Made by a program: the position numbers and the translations under genes. The notes beneath the pieces are model-generated. The model worked only from the letters and a program-made list of their open reading frames with translations, searched no databases and had not been told where the DNA came from. From positions 1 through 64,000 of the forward strand of contig JBFGLM010000009.1 in assembly GCA_041576165.1 (NCBI GenBank): 64,000 nt of DNA, read 5' to 3'. Shown here in pieces: positions 27,488 to 36,303 of this stretch; the first letter of the stretch is position 1; each line of letters begins with the position of its first letter. Origin of the DNA: Acidimicrobiia bacterium (GTDB taxonomy: Bacteria > Actinomycetota > Acidimicrobiia > Spongiisociales > Spongiisociaceae).

Positions 27488-28519
27488 GTGCACGGATACC
27501 GGGTTCATGAGTGGGGCGCCGATCCGGTGTGGGAGGAGCTGGCGGATCCCGACCCCGCCGCCGGCGAGGTTTTGATTGACGTCGAAGCCTGCTCGGTGGG
27601 GCTGACGGTCCTCAACTGCATCAACGGCGACCTGGCCAACGATCTCGCTCTCCTGCCGCGGATACCGGGGCACGAGCTGATCGGGCGAGTGAGCGCCGCT
27701 GCGCCCGGCCCTGCGTCGGGGCTGATCGGCCGGCGAGTTGCGGCATATTTCTACCTTGTGTGCGGAGACTGTCCAGCTTGCCTCGACGGACGCGAACCCC
27801 ATTGCTCGAACCTCGCCGGCTGGGTCGGTGTCCATCGCGACGGGGGATATGCGCCTCTCGTCACCCTGCCCGCACGCAACGCCATCCCGCTGCCGGAGGA
27901 ACTCGACCCGGTTTCCGCCACGGTCGTTCCGGACGCGGTGGCCACACCGGTTCATGTGGCCGCCCGGGCCGGCATCCATGCCGGAGATCGCGTGATCGTG
28001 TTCGGAGCGGGGGGCGGCGTCGGCATCCACATGATCCAGGTGGCCCAGCATCTCGGCGCGGTGGTGGCCGGACTCGATGTGGTGGATGAGAAGCTCGCGC
28101 AGATCGAGCGTCTCGGAGCGATCCCCGTCAGGTCCGACGACCTGGCGGCCGTAGATCCGGCCAGAGTTTTCACGGCAGGGCCACCCACGGTGGTCGTCGA
28201 TCTCCTCGGAACGGCCGCTACCGCCCGATGGTCGATCGATGGTCTCGACATGGGAGGCCGGCTGGTGGCGCTGACGACGTTCCGCGACCGAGGCTTCGAC
28301 GTGGAATCACGGGAGCTGGTATTCCGCGAGCTGTCGCTGCTCGGCTCCCGATACAGTCACCGACGCCAGGTGGCGGAGGCGGCCGAGCTGGTGGCATCCG
28401 GAGCCGTCGAGCCCGTGATTGGGACGGTGCGGGGGCCGGCCGAAGTGCTCGAGATCCACGAGATGCTCCGCTCCCGCACGCTGATCGGACGCGGGGCGTT
28501 GGATTGGAGGATGACGTGA
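27488..28519 (+). CDS. Zn-dependent alcohol dehydrogenase (MDR)
   Basis: GHE; CGDCPACLDGREPHC; GAGGGVG. Confidence 0.88.
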   Translation: MHGYRVHEWGADPVWEELADPDPAAGEVLIDVEACSVGLTVLNCINGDLANDLALLPRIPGHELIGRVSAAAPGPASGLIGRRVAAYFYLVCGDCPACLDGREPHCSNLAGWVGVHRDGGYAPLVTLPARNAIPLPEELDPVSATVVPDAVATPVHVAARAGIHAGDRVIVFGAGGGVGIHMIQVAQHLGAVVAGLDVVDEKLAQIERLGAIPVRSDDLAAVDPARVFTAGPPTVVVDLLGTAATARWSIDGLDMGGRLVALTTFRDRGFDVESRELVFRELSLLGSRYSHRRQVAEAAELVASGAVEPVIGTVRGPAEVLEIHEMLRSRTLIGRGALDWRMT

Positions 28520-30150
28520 TCGAGACCAGAGATGTGACCCTGCCGAGCAACATCGATGGCGTGTTTGTCGGAGCCGGCCACAACGCCCTGGTGTGCGCCG
28601 CCTATCTGGCAAAAGCTGGCCAGCGAGTGGTTGTGGTGGAAGCCGCCCCCCAACTCGGCGGTGGTACGACCACCGACGAAGTGACCCTCCCTTTCTTCCG
28701 GCACAATCTCCACGCTTACTTCGTGCGTTGGACCCCCGAGTACGCCGTGTGGACCGACCTCGACCTGGATCGCTACGGCGTCAGATCGATCTACCCGGCG
28801 GCGCAGAACGCCATTCCTTTCGACGGTGGCGAACGCGCGCTGGTGACCTATGCGGATGTGGATCGCAGCGCAGCCGAGATCTCGCGCCTTTCTCCGCAGG
28901 ACGCGGAGGCGTACCGCAAACTCTACGAGGAGTACACGGAACTAACCAGGTTGATCGACACTCCGCTCAGGTTCAGCCCGCCCCTCCCGGCGGAGGAACT
29001 GGCCGACCTGCTCGGTGGCAGCCGTCTGGGCCGGCGCTACGTGGCGATGGATGCCGAAACACCGCTTGACATCGTGCGCAATGCCTTCGAGTCCGAGCCG
29101 CTGCGGAGCCTGATCCTCTTCAACGTTGCCGTTCGGGGTTACGTGCCCAACCTGGACGTCACCGGCATCGGATCTATCGTCGCCCTGGCTCTGGCCAACT
29201 CGCAGGGCGGGCGGATGGTCGAGGGCGGCACCTATGAGGTCGCCAAAGCTATCGCCGCGGCCGTGCTGGGTGCCGGGGGGACGATCATCACCGACGCTCC
29301 CGTTGCAACGATCAATGTCTCGGCCGGTCGCGCCACCGGAGTCACGCTGGAGGATGGCCGCGTGATCGACGCGCAGTACGTCGTGAGCGGGGTGCCGGCG
29401 CCAATCACCCTGCTGGAACTCGCCGGCGGGCAGCACCTCGACAGCGAATTGCGGGAAGAACTGGCGGAGTACCGGTGGCTCGAAGAGGCGCTGTTCGGGG
29501 TGCACTGGGCGCTGGCCGATCGGCCCCGGTTCACGTCAGAGGCCTACAACCCCGATGTCCCCCGCTCGCTCAACCTGGCGCTGGGGTACGAGTCGTCCGA
29601 GGACATCGTCGATCACATGCACGCCATTCGCGCTGCCGAGAACACTGATCACGGGGCCATCCACGTCTCCGTCCCCACCGTGCATGATGCGTCGCAGGCC
29701 CCTCCCCACCGTCACACGACCTTCGGCTGGCATTTCGTACCGGGCCCGCCGACCCGGGGCAGCTGGGATGAAACCGCGGTGCGGGAGCGGGCGGAGGCCA
29801 TCGTTGTCACCTACGCCCGGTACGCGCCGAACATCGAGGCCGAAACGATGGCCGTCACCACTCACTCGCCCGACGCAACCGAGCGCCGCGTGTCGTCGAT
29901 GCGGCACGGTGACCGCCACCACGGAAGCTATCACCCCACAAACTGGGGAATCGATCGTCCGACGGCGGCAATGCCCGGGTACCACACCCCGATCGAAGGC
30001 TTGTACTTGTGTGGAGCTTCGCAGCACCCCGGAGGGAGCTTCCATGGCCAGCCCGGCTACAACGCGGCCGGGGTCGTGGCCGACGACTTGGGGATCGACA
30101 AGTGGTGGAAACCTCAGGATGTGCGCATCGCTCTGCAGCAGCTGGACTGA
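28516..30150 (+). CDS. FAD-dependent oxidoreductase, phytoene-dehydrogenase-like
   Basis: GTG 28516 overlapping the ADH stop; VGAGHNALVCAAYL..GGG; TPIEGLYLCGASQHPGG..GQPGYNAA. Confidence 0.87.
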   Translation: MIETRDVTLPSNIDGVFVGAGHNALVCAAYLAKAGQRVVVVEAAPQLGGGTTTDEVTLPFFRHNLHAYFVRWTPEYAVWTDLDLDRYGVRSIYPAAQNAIPFDGGERALVTYADVDRSAAEISRLSPQDAEAYRKLYEEYTELTRLIDTPLRFSPPLPAEELADLLGGSRLGRRYVAMDAETPLDIVRNAFESEPLRSLILFNVAVRGYVPNLDVTGIGSIVALALANSQGGRMVEGGTYEVAKAIAAAVLGAGGTIITDAPVATINVSAGRATGVTLEDGRVIDAQYVVSGVPAPITLLELAGGQHLDSELREELAEYRWLEEALFGVHWALADRPRFTSEAYNPDVPRSLNLALGYESSEDIVDHMHAIRAAENTDHGAIHVSVPTVHDASQAPPHRHTTFGWHFVPGPPTRGSWDETAVRERAEAIVVTYARYAPNIEAETMAVTTHSPDATERRVSSMRHGDRHHGSYHPTNWGIDRPTAAMPGYHTPIEGLYLCGASQHPGGSFHGQPGYNAAGVVADDLGIDKWWKPQDVRIALQQLD

Positions 30151-30275
30151 TGGGGCGGGCGCTCTTGCCGGACCGGGGGCTGAGTCGCAAGGGTCATTGC
30201 CTGACCGCGCCGACGACCGCCGTGTCTGCATTCGATTGCAAACCTTTGCGCGTTTTACATGCGGTACCCCGGCCA

Positions 30276-30296
30276 GGTCGTATATGGTGCATGATC
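30276..30296 (+). promoter_or_regulatory. Operator-like 21-mer, copy 2 (GGTCGTATATGGTGCATGATC)
   Basis: Matches the reverse complement of 26920..26940 at 18/21; ends 16 nt upstream of the ABC operon ATG. Confidence 0.65.
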
Positions 30297-30312
30297 AAGA
30301 GGAAGGACGTGC

Positions 30313-31299
30313 ATGGCTGAAGTCGTAACGACCGAAGCTGCGACGGGCACTTCGGCGGCGGCTAGTTCTCAGCGGCTGCGGGTGACGGTGATCACTGTGG
30401 TCGCACTCGCCATTCTCGTGGGTTGGATCTTGACCCAGATGAGCTGGCGCTCATTTTGGACCCAGATCCTCAACGGCCTCAGCTTCGGAGCCATCCTGTT
30501 CTTTCTGGCCGCCGGGTTCACGATGATCTTCGGCCTGATGCGGATCGCCAACCTGGCGCATGGCGGCTTCTACCTCATGGGCGGGTATTTCGGGATCACG
30601 ATCGCGCTCATGACCGGCAACTTCTGGCTTGGCTTGGTCGCAGGCGGGCTGCTGATTCTCGTGCTGGGGCTTTTCGCAGAGAGGGTCCTGCTCCGGCCCA
30701 TCCGGGGCATGGAAAAACCGGAAGTGCTGCTGACGATCGGTTTGACGTTCGTGATCGGTGACGTCTCGCTCTGGCTGTGGGGAGGCGATCCGCGCACGAT
30801 TCCGCTCCCTGGCGTTCTGAAAGGCGCCATCAATGTCGGTGACTTTTTCTATCCCAAGTACCGGCTGTTCGTGCTCGGGTTTGCCATCCTGCTGGGCGGG
30901 ACGCTCTTTTACATCGACCGGCGAACCAAGATTGGTGCCATTGTTCGTGCCGGCGTCGACGATCGGGAGACGATTGCGGCGCTTGGTATCAACATCAAAG
31001 CCGTTTTCACGGCCGCGTTCATGTTCGGCGCCTTTGTCGCCGGCATGTCGGGTGTCATCGGCGCCGGGTTCCTGGCGCTGCTGCCCGGTCAGGACTTCGA
31101 GATCCTGCTCTTCGCGCTGGTTGTGGTGATCATCGGTGGGCTCGGCAGCCTGGAGGGAGCCGCGTTGGGCGCCGCCGTGGTCGGGCTGATCGATTCGTTC
31201 GCCAAGGCTCTCGTGCCAGAATTGTCGTTCTTCACGTTGTTCGCGCCCATGGCAATCATCCTCATGGTCCGCCCATCGGGCCTGTTGGGGAAAGTCTGA
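30313..31299 (+). CDS. Liv-type (HAAT) ABC permease, LivH-like
   Basis: LNGLSFG..NLAHG; VVVIIGGLGS. Confidence 0.92.
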   Translation: MAEVVTTEAATGTSAAASSQRLRVTVITVVALAILVGWILTQMSWRSFWTQILNGLSFGAILFFLAAGFTMIFGLMRIANLAHGGFYLMGGYFGITIALMTGNFWLGLVAGGLLILVLGLFAERVLLRPIRGMEKPEVLLTIGLTFVIGDVSLWLWGGDPRTIPLPGVLKGAINVGDFFYPKYRLFVLGFAILLGGTLFYIDRRTKIGAIVRAGVDDRETIAALGINIKAVFTAAFMFGAFVAGMSGVIGAGFLALLPGQDFEILLFALVVVIIGGLGSLEGAALGAAVVGLIDSFAKALVPELSFFTLFAPMAIILMVRPSGLLGKV

Positions 31300-32321
31300 T
31301 GGGCCGGTTCTCGTCGTTGACCCTCACCCGCAAGGTCCAGCTGGCGCTCCTCGCGAGTGCGCTCATCGTCGGCGCCATACTTCCGTTCTTCCTCGACGTG
31401 TTCCTCACGCGGCTGATCACCCTGGCGATGGTCTCCGCTTTGTTCGCCATGAGCATCGATCTCATGGCGGGTTACGCCGGGCTCGTCACGTTGGGTCACG
31501 CAGGAGTGCTCGGATCGGCCATGTATGGCGTCGGCTACGTGGCGTCCAAGACCGACGGCGGCATCGCACTGCAGATCCTTGTCGGCCTCATCGTCGGTAT
31601 GGCCATGGCCGCCGTCTTCGGCTTGATGGCGATGCGCAGCACCGGCGTGTATTTCATCATGATCACCATCGCCCAGGGCATGATCATCTGGGGTCTGGCA
31701 TCGCTGCTCGTGAACGTCACCGGGGCCGAGAACGGCCTGCTTGGGATCCGGCGTCCCCCGCTGATCGACTCGGCCTTCGCCTTCTACTGGGCAGCCTTCA
31801 TCGTGCTGCTCGTGTGTTCGGCCTTGCTTTTCGTGATCGTACGGTCCCCCTTCGGCTACGCCCTCAAGGGCATGCGCGAGTCCGAGACCCGCGTGCGCAT
31901 GCTCGGGCACAACTCGGCCTTCTTGAAGTTCTACATGTTTCTCGTATCCGGCTTTTTCGCCACCGTTGCCGGCATTCTCCTGGTCTATTTGAACGAGTTT
32001 GTGAGCCCCTCGGACGTCATTCTCGGTGCATCGGCGATCCCGGTGCTGATGGCCATTCTCGGAGGGATTGGGACACTCATAGGGCCTGTGATCGGCGCGT
32101 TTGTGATCGTTTTCCTGCGTAACTGGGTGAGCCTGCAGCTGGAGCGATGGCCAACACTCATGGGTCTCATATTCATCTTTGTGGTGCTATTTGCGCGCGA
32201 AGGTCTGGTGGGGGCGCTGGCCAGCTGGTGGTACCGGGTGGTCGACCCGAATGGTCGGGGTTCTGTAGTCACTGCTGAAGCTCCCGATCGGCGCGAGACG
32301 GTTCTGACCGAACAGGCCTGA
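31299..32321 (+). CDS. Liv-type ABC permease, LivM-like
   Basis: GLVTLGHA; SPFGYALKGMRESE; ILGGIGTLIGP. Confidence 0.92.
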   Translation: MGRFSSLTLTRKVQLALLASALIVGAILPFFLDVFLTRLITLAMVSALFAMSIDLMAGYAGLVTLGHAGVLGSAMYGVGYVASKTDGGIALQILVGLIVGMAMAAVFGLMAMRSTGVYFIMITIAQGMIIWGLASLLVNVTGAENGLLGIRRPPLIDSAFAFYWAAFIVLLVCSALLFVIVRSPFGYALKGMRESETRVRMLGHNSAFLKFYMFLVSGFFATVAGILLVYLNEFVSPSDVILGASAIPVLMAILGGIGTLIGPVIGAFVIVFLRNWVSLQLERWPTLMGLIFIFVVLFAREGLVGALASWWYRVVDPNGRGSVVTAEAPDRRETVLTEQA

Positions 32322-32380
32322 CAAGGGTTCGGCTGGCTCCCATCGTGGGAGCCGAGCGGACGAGTAGGAGGAAACGCAAG

Positions 32381-33784
32381 ATGAGACAAAGACTACGAAT
32401 GTGGCTCGTTCTGGCTGCGGTGTTTGCAATCGTGGCTGCGGCCTGCGGCAGCGGAGATGACGATACGGGTGCAACCGACGCTGCCGAGGAGGCAACAACG
32501 ACGGCGGCAGCGGCCGAGGAAACGACTACGACAGCTGCGGGAGACACCACAGAGACAACCGAAGCAGCAGCGGCTCCGACGGGTGACACGATCGATCGGT
32601 TGAAGGTCGGCGTGCTGCTCCCGCTCACCGGATTTGTTGCCGGGCCGGGCGAGGACTCGGCACAGGGATTGCAGCTGTTCTTCGATCAGAACGGTGCCAA
32701 CGGCGGAACGGAGATCGAGGTCGACGGAATCACCGTCGAGTACATCCTCGAAGACACCGGCTCTGACCCGGCCGTGGCCTTGACGTCGGCCACCAAGCTG
32801 GTGGACGTCGACAATGTGGACATCATCATCCCCGGCATCCTGGCCAGCACCGGCGGGGCCGTGGGTGACGCTCTGGGGGATCGCACCGATGTGCTCCTGC
32901 TGTCCCCGTATTCGTGCAACGACGACTTCACGCAACGGGCGCCCTTGCAGGGCTATGCCCGGCCCGGTGGTTGGGCATGCAGTCAAACGTCGCACGCGTT
33001 CGGCAAATGGGCAGCTGAGGAAGCCGGGTACCAGCGCATAGCCACCGCCTGCGCCGACTACACGTTCGGGTACGAGCACTGCGGCGGATTCGCCGATGCG
33101 TTCACGGCCTCCGGCGGGGAGATCGTCAACCAGATCTGGTTCCCGCCGCCGACGCAGGACTTCGGCACGTACTCGACTCAGCTCGCTGGTCTCGATGTCG
33201 ACGCAGTCATGGCACTGTCGGTCGGTGGGTCGGCGATCCCGTTCATGACGGCGTACTCGGACTTCGGGCTGAAGCAGAGCGTGCCCCTCCTGGCCGGGGC
33301 CGTGACGACGGACCAGTCGGTGCTGCGGGCCATGGATCGCGAGGTTGCGATCGGCACGATCTCCCACGGCCACTGGGCCGAGGGTGCCGACATCCCTGAG
33401 ACGCAACAGTTCGTCGAGGAGTTCGAGGCCGCGACCGGCAAGATCGCGTCGTACTACGCAGCAGCCAACTTTGCCGCCATGCAATGGATCGTGGCCACGC
33501 TGCGAGAAACCGGCGGCCAGTTCGAGCCCCAGTTGTGGCTCGACACGATGACCGGTGGGATGGAGATCAGCACGCCGTTCGGTCCGCAAACCCTCGACGA
33601 GTTCGGCTCGCCCATTCTGAACGTGTACGTACGCGAGGTCGTGGAACGCGATGACGGCAAGTTGTGGAACGTGCCGATATTCACCTACGAAGGGGTCGAT
33701 CAATTCTTCCCGTTCGACCAAGCGACCTATCTGCAACAACCGGCATACACCAAGGAGTTCCAGGGCAACGGTGTGGGCGGATAA
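32381..33784 (+). CDS. Liv-type ABC substrate-binding lipoprotein
   Basis: SD AGGAGG; lipobox AAAC; Thr/Ala/Glu linker; KVGVLLPLTG; ADYTFGYE. Confidence 0.9.
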   Translation: MRQRLRMWLVLAAVFAIVAAACGSGDDDTGATDAAEEATTTAAAAEETTTTAAGDTTETTEAAAAPTGDTIDRLKVGVLLPLTGFVAGPGEDSAQGLQLFFDQNGANGGTEIEVDGITVEYILEDTGSDPAVALTSATKLVDVDNVDIIIPGILASTGGAVGDALGDRTDVLLLSPYSCNDDFTQRAPLQGYARPGGWACSQTSHAFGKWAAEEAGYQRIATACADYTFGYEHCGGFADAFTASGGEIVNQIWFPPPTQDFGTYSTQLAGLDVDAVMALSVGGSAIPFMTAYSDFGLKQSVPLLAGAVTTDQSVLRAMDREVAIGTISHGHWAEGADIPETQQFVEEFEAATGKIASYYAAANFAAMQWIVATLRETGGQFEPQLWLDTMTGGMEISTPFGPQTLDEFGSPILNVYVREVVERDDGKLWNVPIFTYEGVDQFFPFDQATYLQQPAYTKEFQGNGVGG

Positions 33785-33835
33785 AACCATCGAGACGAGG
33801 CCGATGAGCACAGGAGCAGTAGTCTGAGCACCGTA

Positions 33836-34567
33836 TTGAACGTTCAGGACGTGACCGTCCGGTTCGGCGGTGTCACCGCTGTCAACAAGGTGTCCCTCCA
33901 AGTAGAGGCGGGAGAACGGTGGGCGGTGATCGGGCCCAACGGAGCCGGGAAGACGACCCTGTTCCGCACGATCTCTGGTGAGGTTCGCCCTACCGAGGGT
34001 CGGGTAGAGCTCTTCGGTGACGACATGAGCCGCGCTGCGCCTTATCGCAAGGCGCAGCGCGGCGTCGGTCGCACGTACCAAGTGACCGAGCTGTTTCAAC
34101 AGCTCACGGTCGAGGCAAACGTGGTAATCGCCATTCACGCGGTCACGCCAACTCGGTTCATTTTCTGGCGGCCCGTTCGCACGTCTGGCGCACTCAACGA
34201 TTCGATCGAGTCGGTGCTGGGTGCGGTGGGACTCATCAATCAGCGCTACACCGTGGTTTCCCAACTTTCCCACGGCGAACAACGGCAGTTGGAGATTGCG
34301 ATGGCGCTAGCTTCCAACCCGCGGCTGCTATTGCTCGACGAGCCGGCGGCCGGTTTGTCGGCCGCCGAACGCAAAATCATGAAAACCCTGGTCAACGACC
34401 TGCCGCGCGACCTGTCGATCGTGCTGATCGAACATGACATGGACATCGCGCTCGACCTGGTCGACCGGGTGCTGGTACTCGACAACGGCGACATGATCGC
34501 CGAGGGCGAACCCGATGAAATCCGCGTTGATCAGCGGGTCCAGGACGTCTATCTGAGGTACGAATAG
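33836..34567 (+). CDS. ABC ATP-binding protein, LivG-like
   Basis: GPNGAGKTT, LSHGEQR, LLLDEPAAG, IEHD; true start may be CTG 33824. Confidence 0.92.
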   Translation: MNVQDVTVRFGGVTAVNKVSLQVEAGERWAVIGPNGAGKTTLFRTISGEVRPTEGRVELFGDDMSRAAPYRKAQRGVGRTYQVTELFQQLTVEANVVIAIHAVTPTRFIFWRPVRTSGALNDSIESVLGAVGLINQRYTVVSQLSHGEQRQLEIAMALASNPRLLLLDEPAAGLSAAERKIMKTLVNDLPRDLSIVLIEHDMDIALDLVDRVLVLDNGDMIAEGEPDEIRVDQRVQDVYLRYE

Positions 34568-35280
34568 TGCTGATCGCTGAAGACGTTCACAGCTATTACG
34601 GCACCGCACACATCCTCGATGGTACGAGCCTGCGGGTCGAGGATGGCGAGGTGCTCGGTCTGCTCGGCCGCAACGGCATGGGTAAGACAACTCTCGTCCG
34701 GACGATCGCAGGAATCGATCCCCCGGAGCAGCGGGCGGGCAAGATCAGCTGGCGGGGGGAGGACATCACGAATCTGGACTCTTACGAGATCGCCCGTCGG
34801 GGGATTGGCTACGTCCCGCAGGGGCGCCATGTGTTCGGCAGCTTGACCGTGGTCGAGAATCTCGATGTCGTAGCACGGCGCCCGTTGGAGGAAAGCCGCC
34901 AGGAATGGGACATGGATCGGGTGTTCGAGTTCTTCCCTCGCCTAGCCGAACGCAAGTCGAGCTTTGCCCGGACGCTGTCGGGCGGGGAACAGCAGATGCT
35001 CGCCATCGGGCGTGCCCTGATGACCAACCCGACGCTGCTCCTCATGGACGAGCCGTCCGAAGGTCTGGCACCGATCGTGCTCGGTGTCATCCGTGACACT
35101 CTGGCCAGCCTGAAGGGACCAGGCCTCTCCATCTTGTTGGTCGAGCAGAACCTGGGCCTGGCGCTGTCATTGGGGGATCGGATCAACCTCATGTCTGAGT
35201 ACGGCCACATCGTCTGGGAAGGCACGCCTGACGATCTCAAGGCCGACGAAGACGCCCAACACAGTCACCTGGGCGTCTGA
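34567..35280 (+). CDS. ABC ATP-binding protein, LivF-like
   Basis: GRNGMGKTT, LSGGEQQML, DEPSEGLAP, VEQN. Confidence 0.92.
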   Translation: MLIAEDVHSYYGTAHILDGTSLRVEDGEVLGLLGRNGMGKTTLVRTIAGIDPPEQRAGKISWRGEDITNLDSYEIARRGIGYVPQGRHVFGSLTVVENLDVVARRPLEESRQEWDMDRVFEFFPRLAERKSSFARTLSGGEQQMLAIGRALMTNPTLLLMDEPSEGLAPIVLGVIRDTLASLKGPGLSILLVEQNLGLALSLGDRINLMSEYGHIVWEGTPDDLKADEDAQHSHLGV

Positions 35281-36194
35281 ACCGTTCCGGCACGGTGGGC
35301 GGCCACTGCGTCGTACACCTCTGGGAACCGTGGGTCGATGTCGAAGTCGTACCCGTCCCAATATCCGTCGCGCTCCGGGGCGTAGCGGCGTGGTGCCACC
35401 ATTCCGGGATGGAGCGCCAGATCCTTCATAGACGCCTCGAGCAGCCGCCATTCCCGTTTAGTTCCCGGAGCCGCTCGCGGGGCCATGATGTGGGCCGTCA
35501 CCCGGCGCCCGTAGCGGAGCTTGTTCGTGAACGGGTGCTCCCACACCCGGTGGGTTCCCGTGATGACAACGGGAAGGACCGGCAGTCCTGCCCGCCGGGC
35601 CAGCCGCAACGCGCCCCGCGCAAACGCCACCTCGAGGCCCAACACCGAACCCTGGGGAAACACCACCACACTCTCACCGCTCGCCACCGTCGAATCGAGC
35701 TGGGCATACACACGGCGTAGTGCGGCCCGAGATGGCGCCCGGGGGATCAGTATCTGCCGGGACGCAGTCAGATAGCGACCGAGAGCAGGCCACTGGAACA
35801 ACTCATCCCGCGCGACAAAACGTACGTCGAGGCCGAGGGCCAGCACCACCAGCGCGTCGGCGAACCCCTCGTGGAGGGCCAGCACCAGGTAGTTGCGACG
35901 CGGGTCGATCTGCTCCCGGCCCGTGATGCGCAGGTCGATTCCCAGATAGCGGGTCGTGGCGCTCGCCCACGCCCGCTCCAACCGATGCAGCAACCTGGGG
36001 TGGCAGGCGGCGGCGGCCAGGGCGCGGCTGGCGGCGCCGACCAGGGCCACCGATCCCGCGATCGTTTGCGCGGTTCGGCCGAGCCCGTCGACCGAGAATC
36101 GCCCTACGTCCCATGTCCGCACCGGCGCCAGTATGGACGCCCGCCGGCCGTACACCGAGACAGGCAGGGACGATGCCTCTTCGCGTGCAATCAC
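35265..36194 (-). CDS. Lysophospholipid acyltransferase (PlsC-like)
   Basis: HEGFAD (HX4D), FVARDEL, VFPQG, PVLPV. Confidence 0.82.
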   Translation of the reverse strand: MIAREEASSLPVSVYGRRASILAPVRTWDVGRFSVDGLGRTAQTIAGSVALVGAASRALAAAACHPRLLHRLERAWASATTRYLGIDLRITGREQIDPRRNYLVLALHEGFADALVVLALGLDVRFVARDELFQWPALGRYLTASRQILIPRAPSRAALRRVYAQLDSTVASGESVVVFPQGSVLGLEVAFARGALRLARRAGLPVLPVVITGTHRVWEHPFTNKLRYGRRVTAHIMAPRAAPGTKREWRLLEASMKDLALHPGMVAPRRYAPERDGYWDGYDFDIDPRFPEVYDAVAAHRAGTVQTPR

Positions 36195-36303
36195 TGGCGC
36201 GATCCCGGCAATCCCGGGCTGCGCCGGATAGGCGGCTCAATTCCGTCAGGGCGCCCCAACTCCTGAGCGAGTGGAGCGTTGTCGCCCGATCCCTGGCTGC
36301 CGG

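Noticed and set aside
28516-30150. Carotenoid biosynthesis crtI
   Set aside because: No crtB/crtE nearby and the context is catabolic.
32455-32580. Repeat-like low-complexity DNA
   Set aside because: Encodes the Thr/Ala/Glu tether of the lipoprotein; not an independent element.
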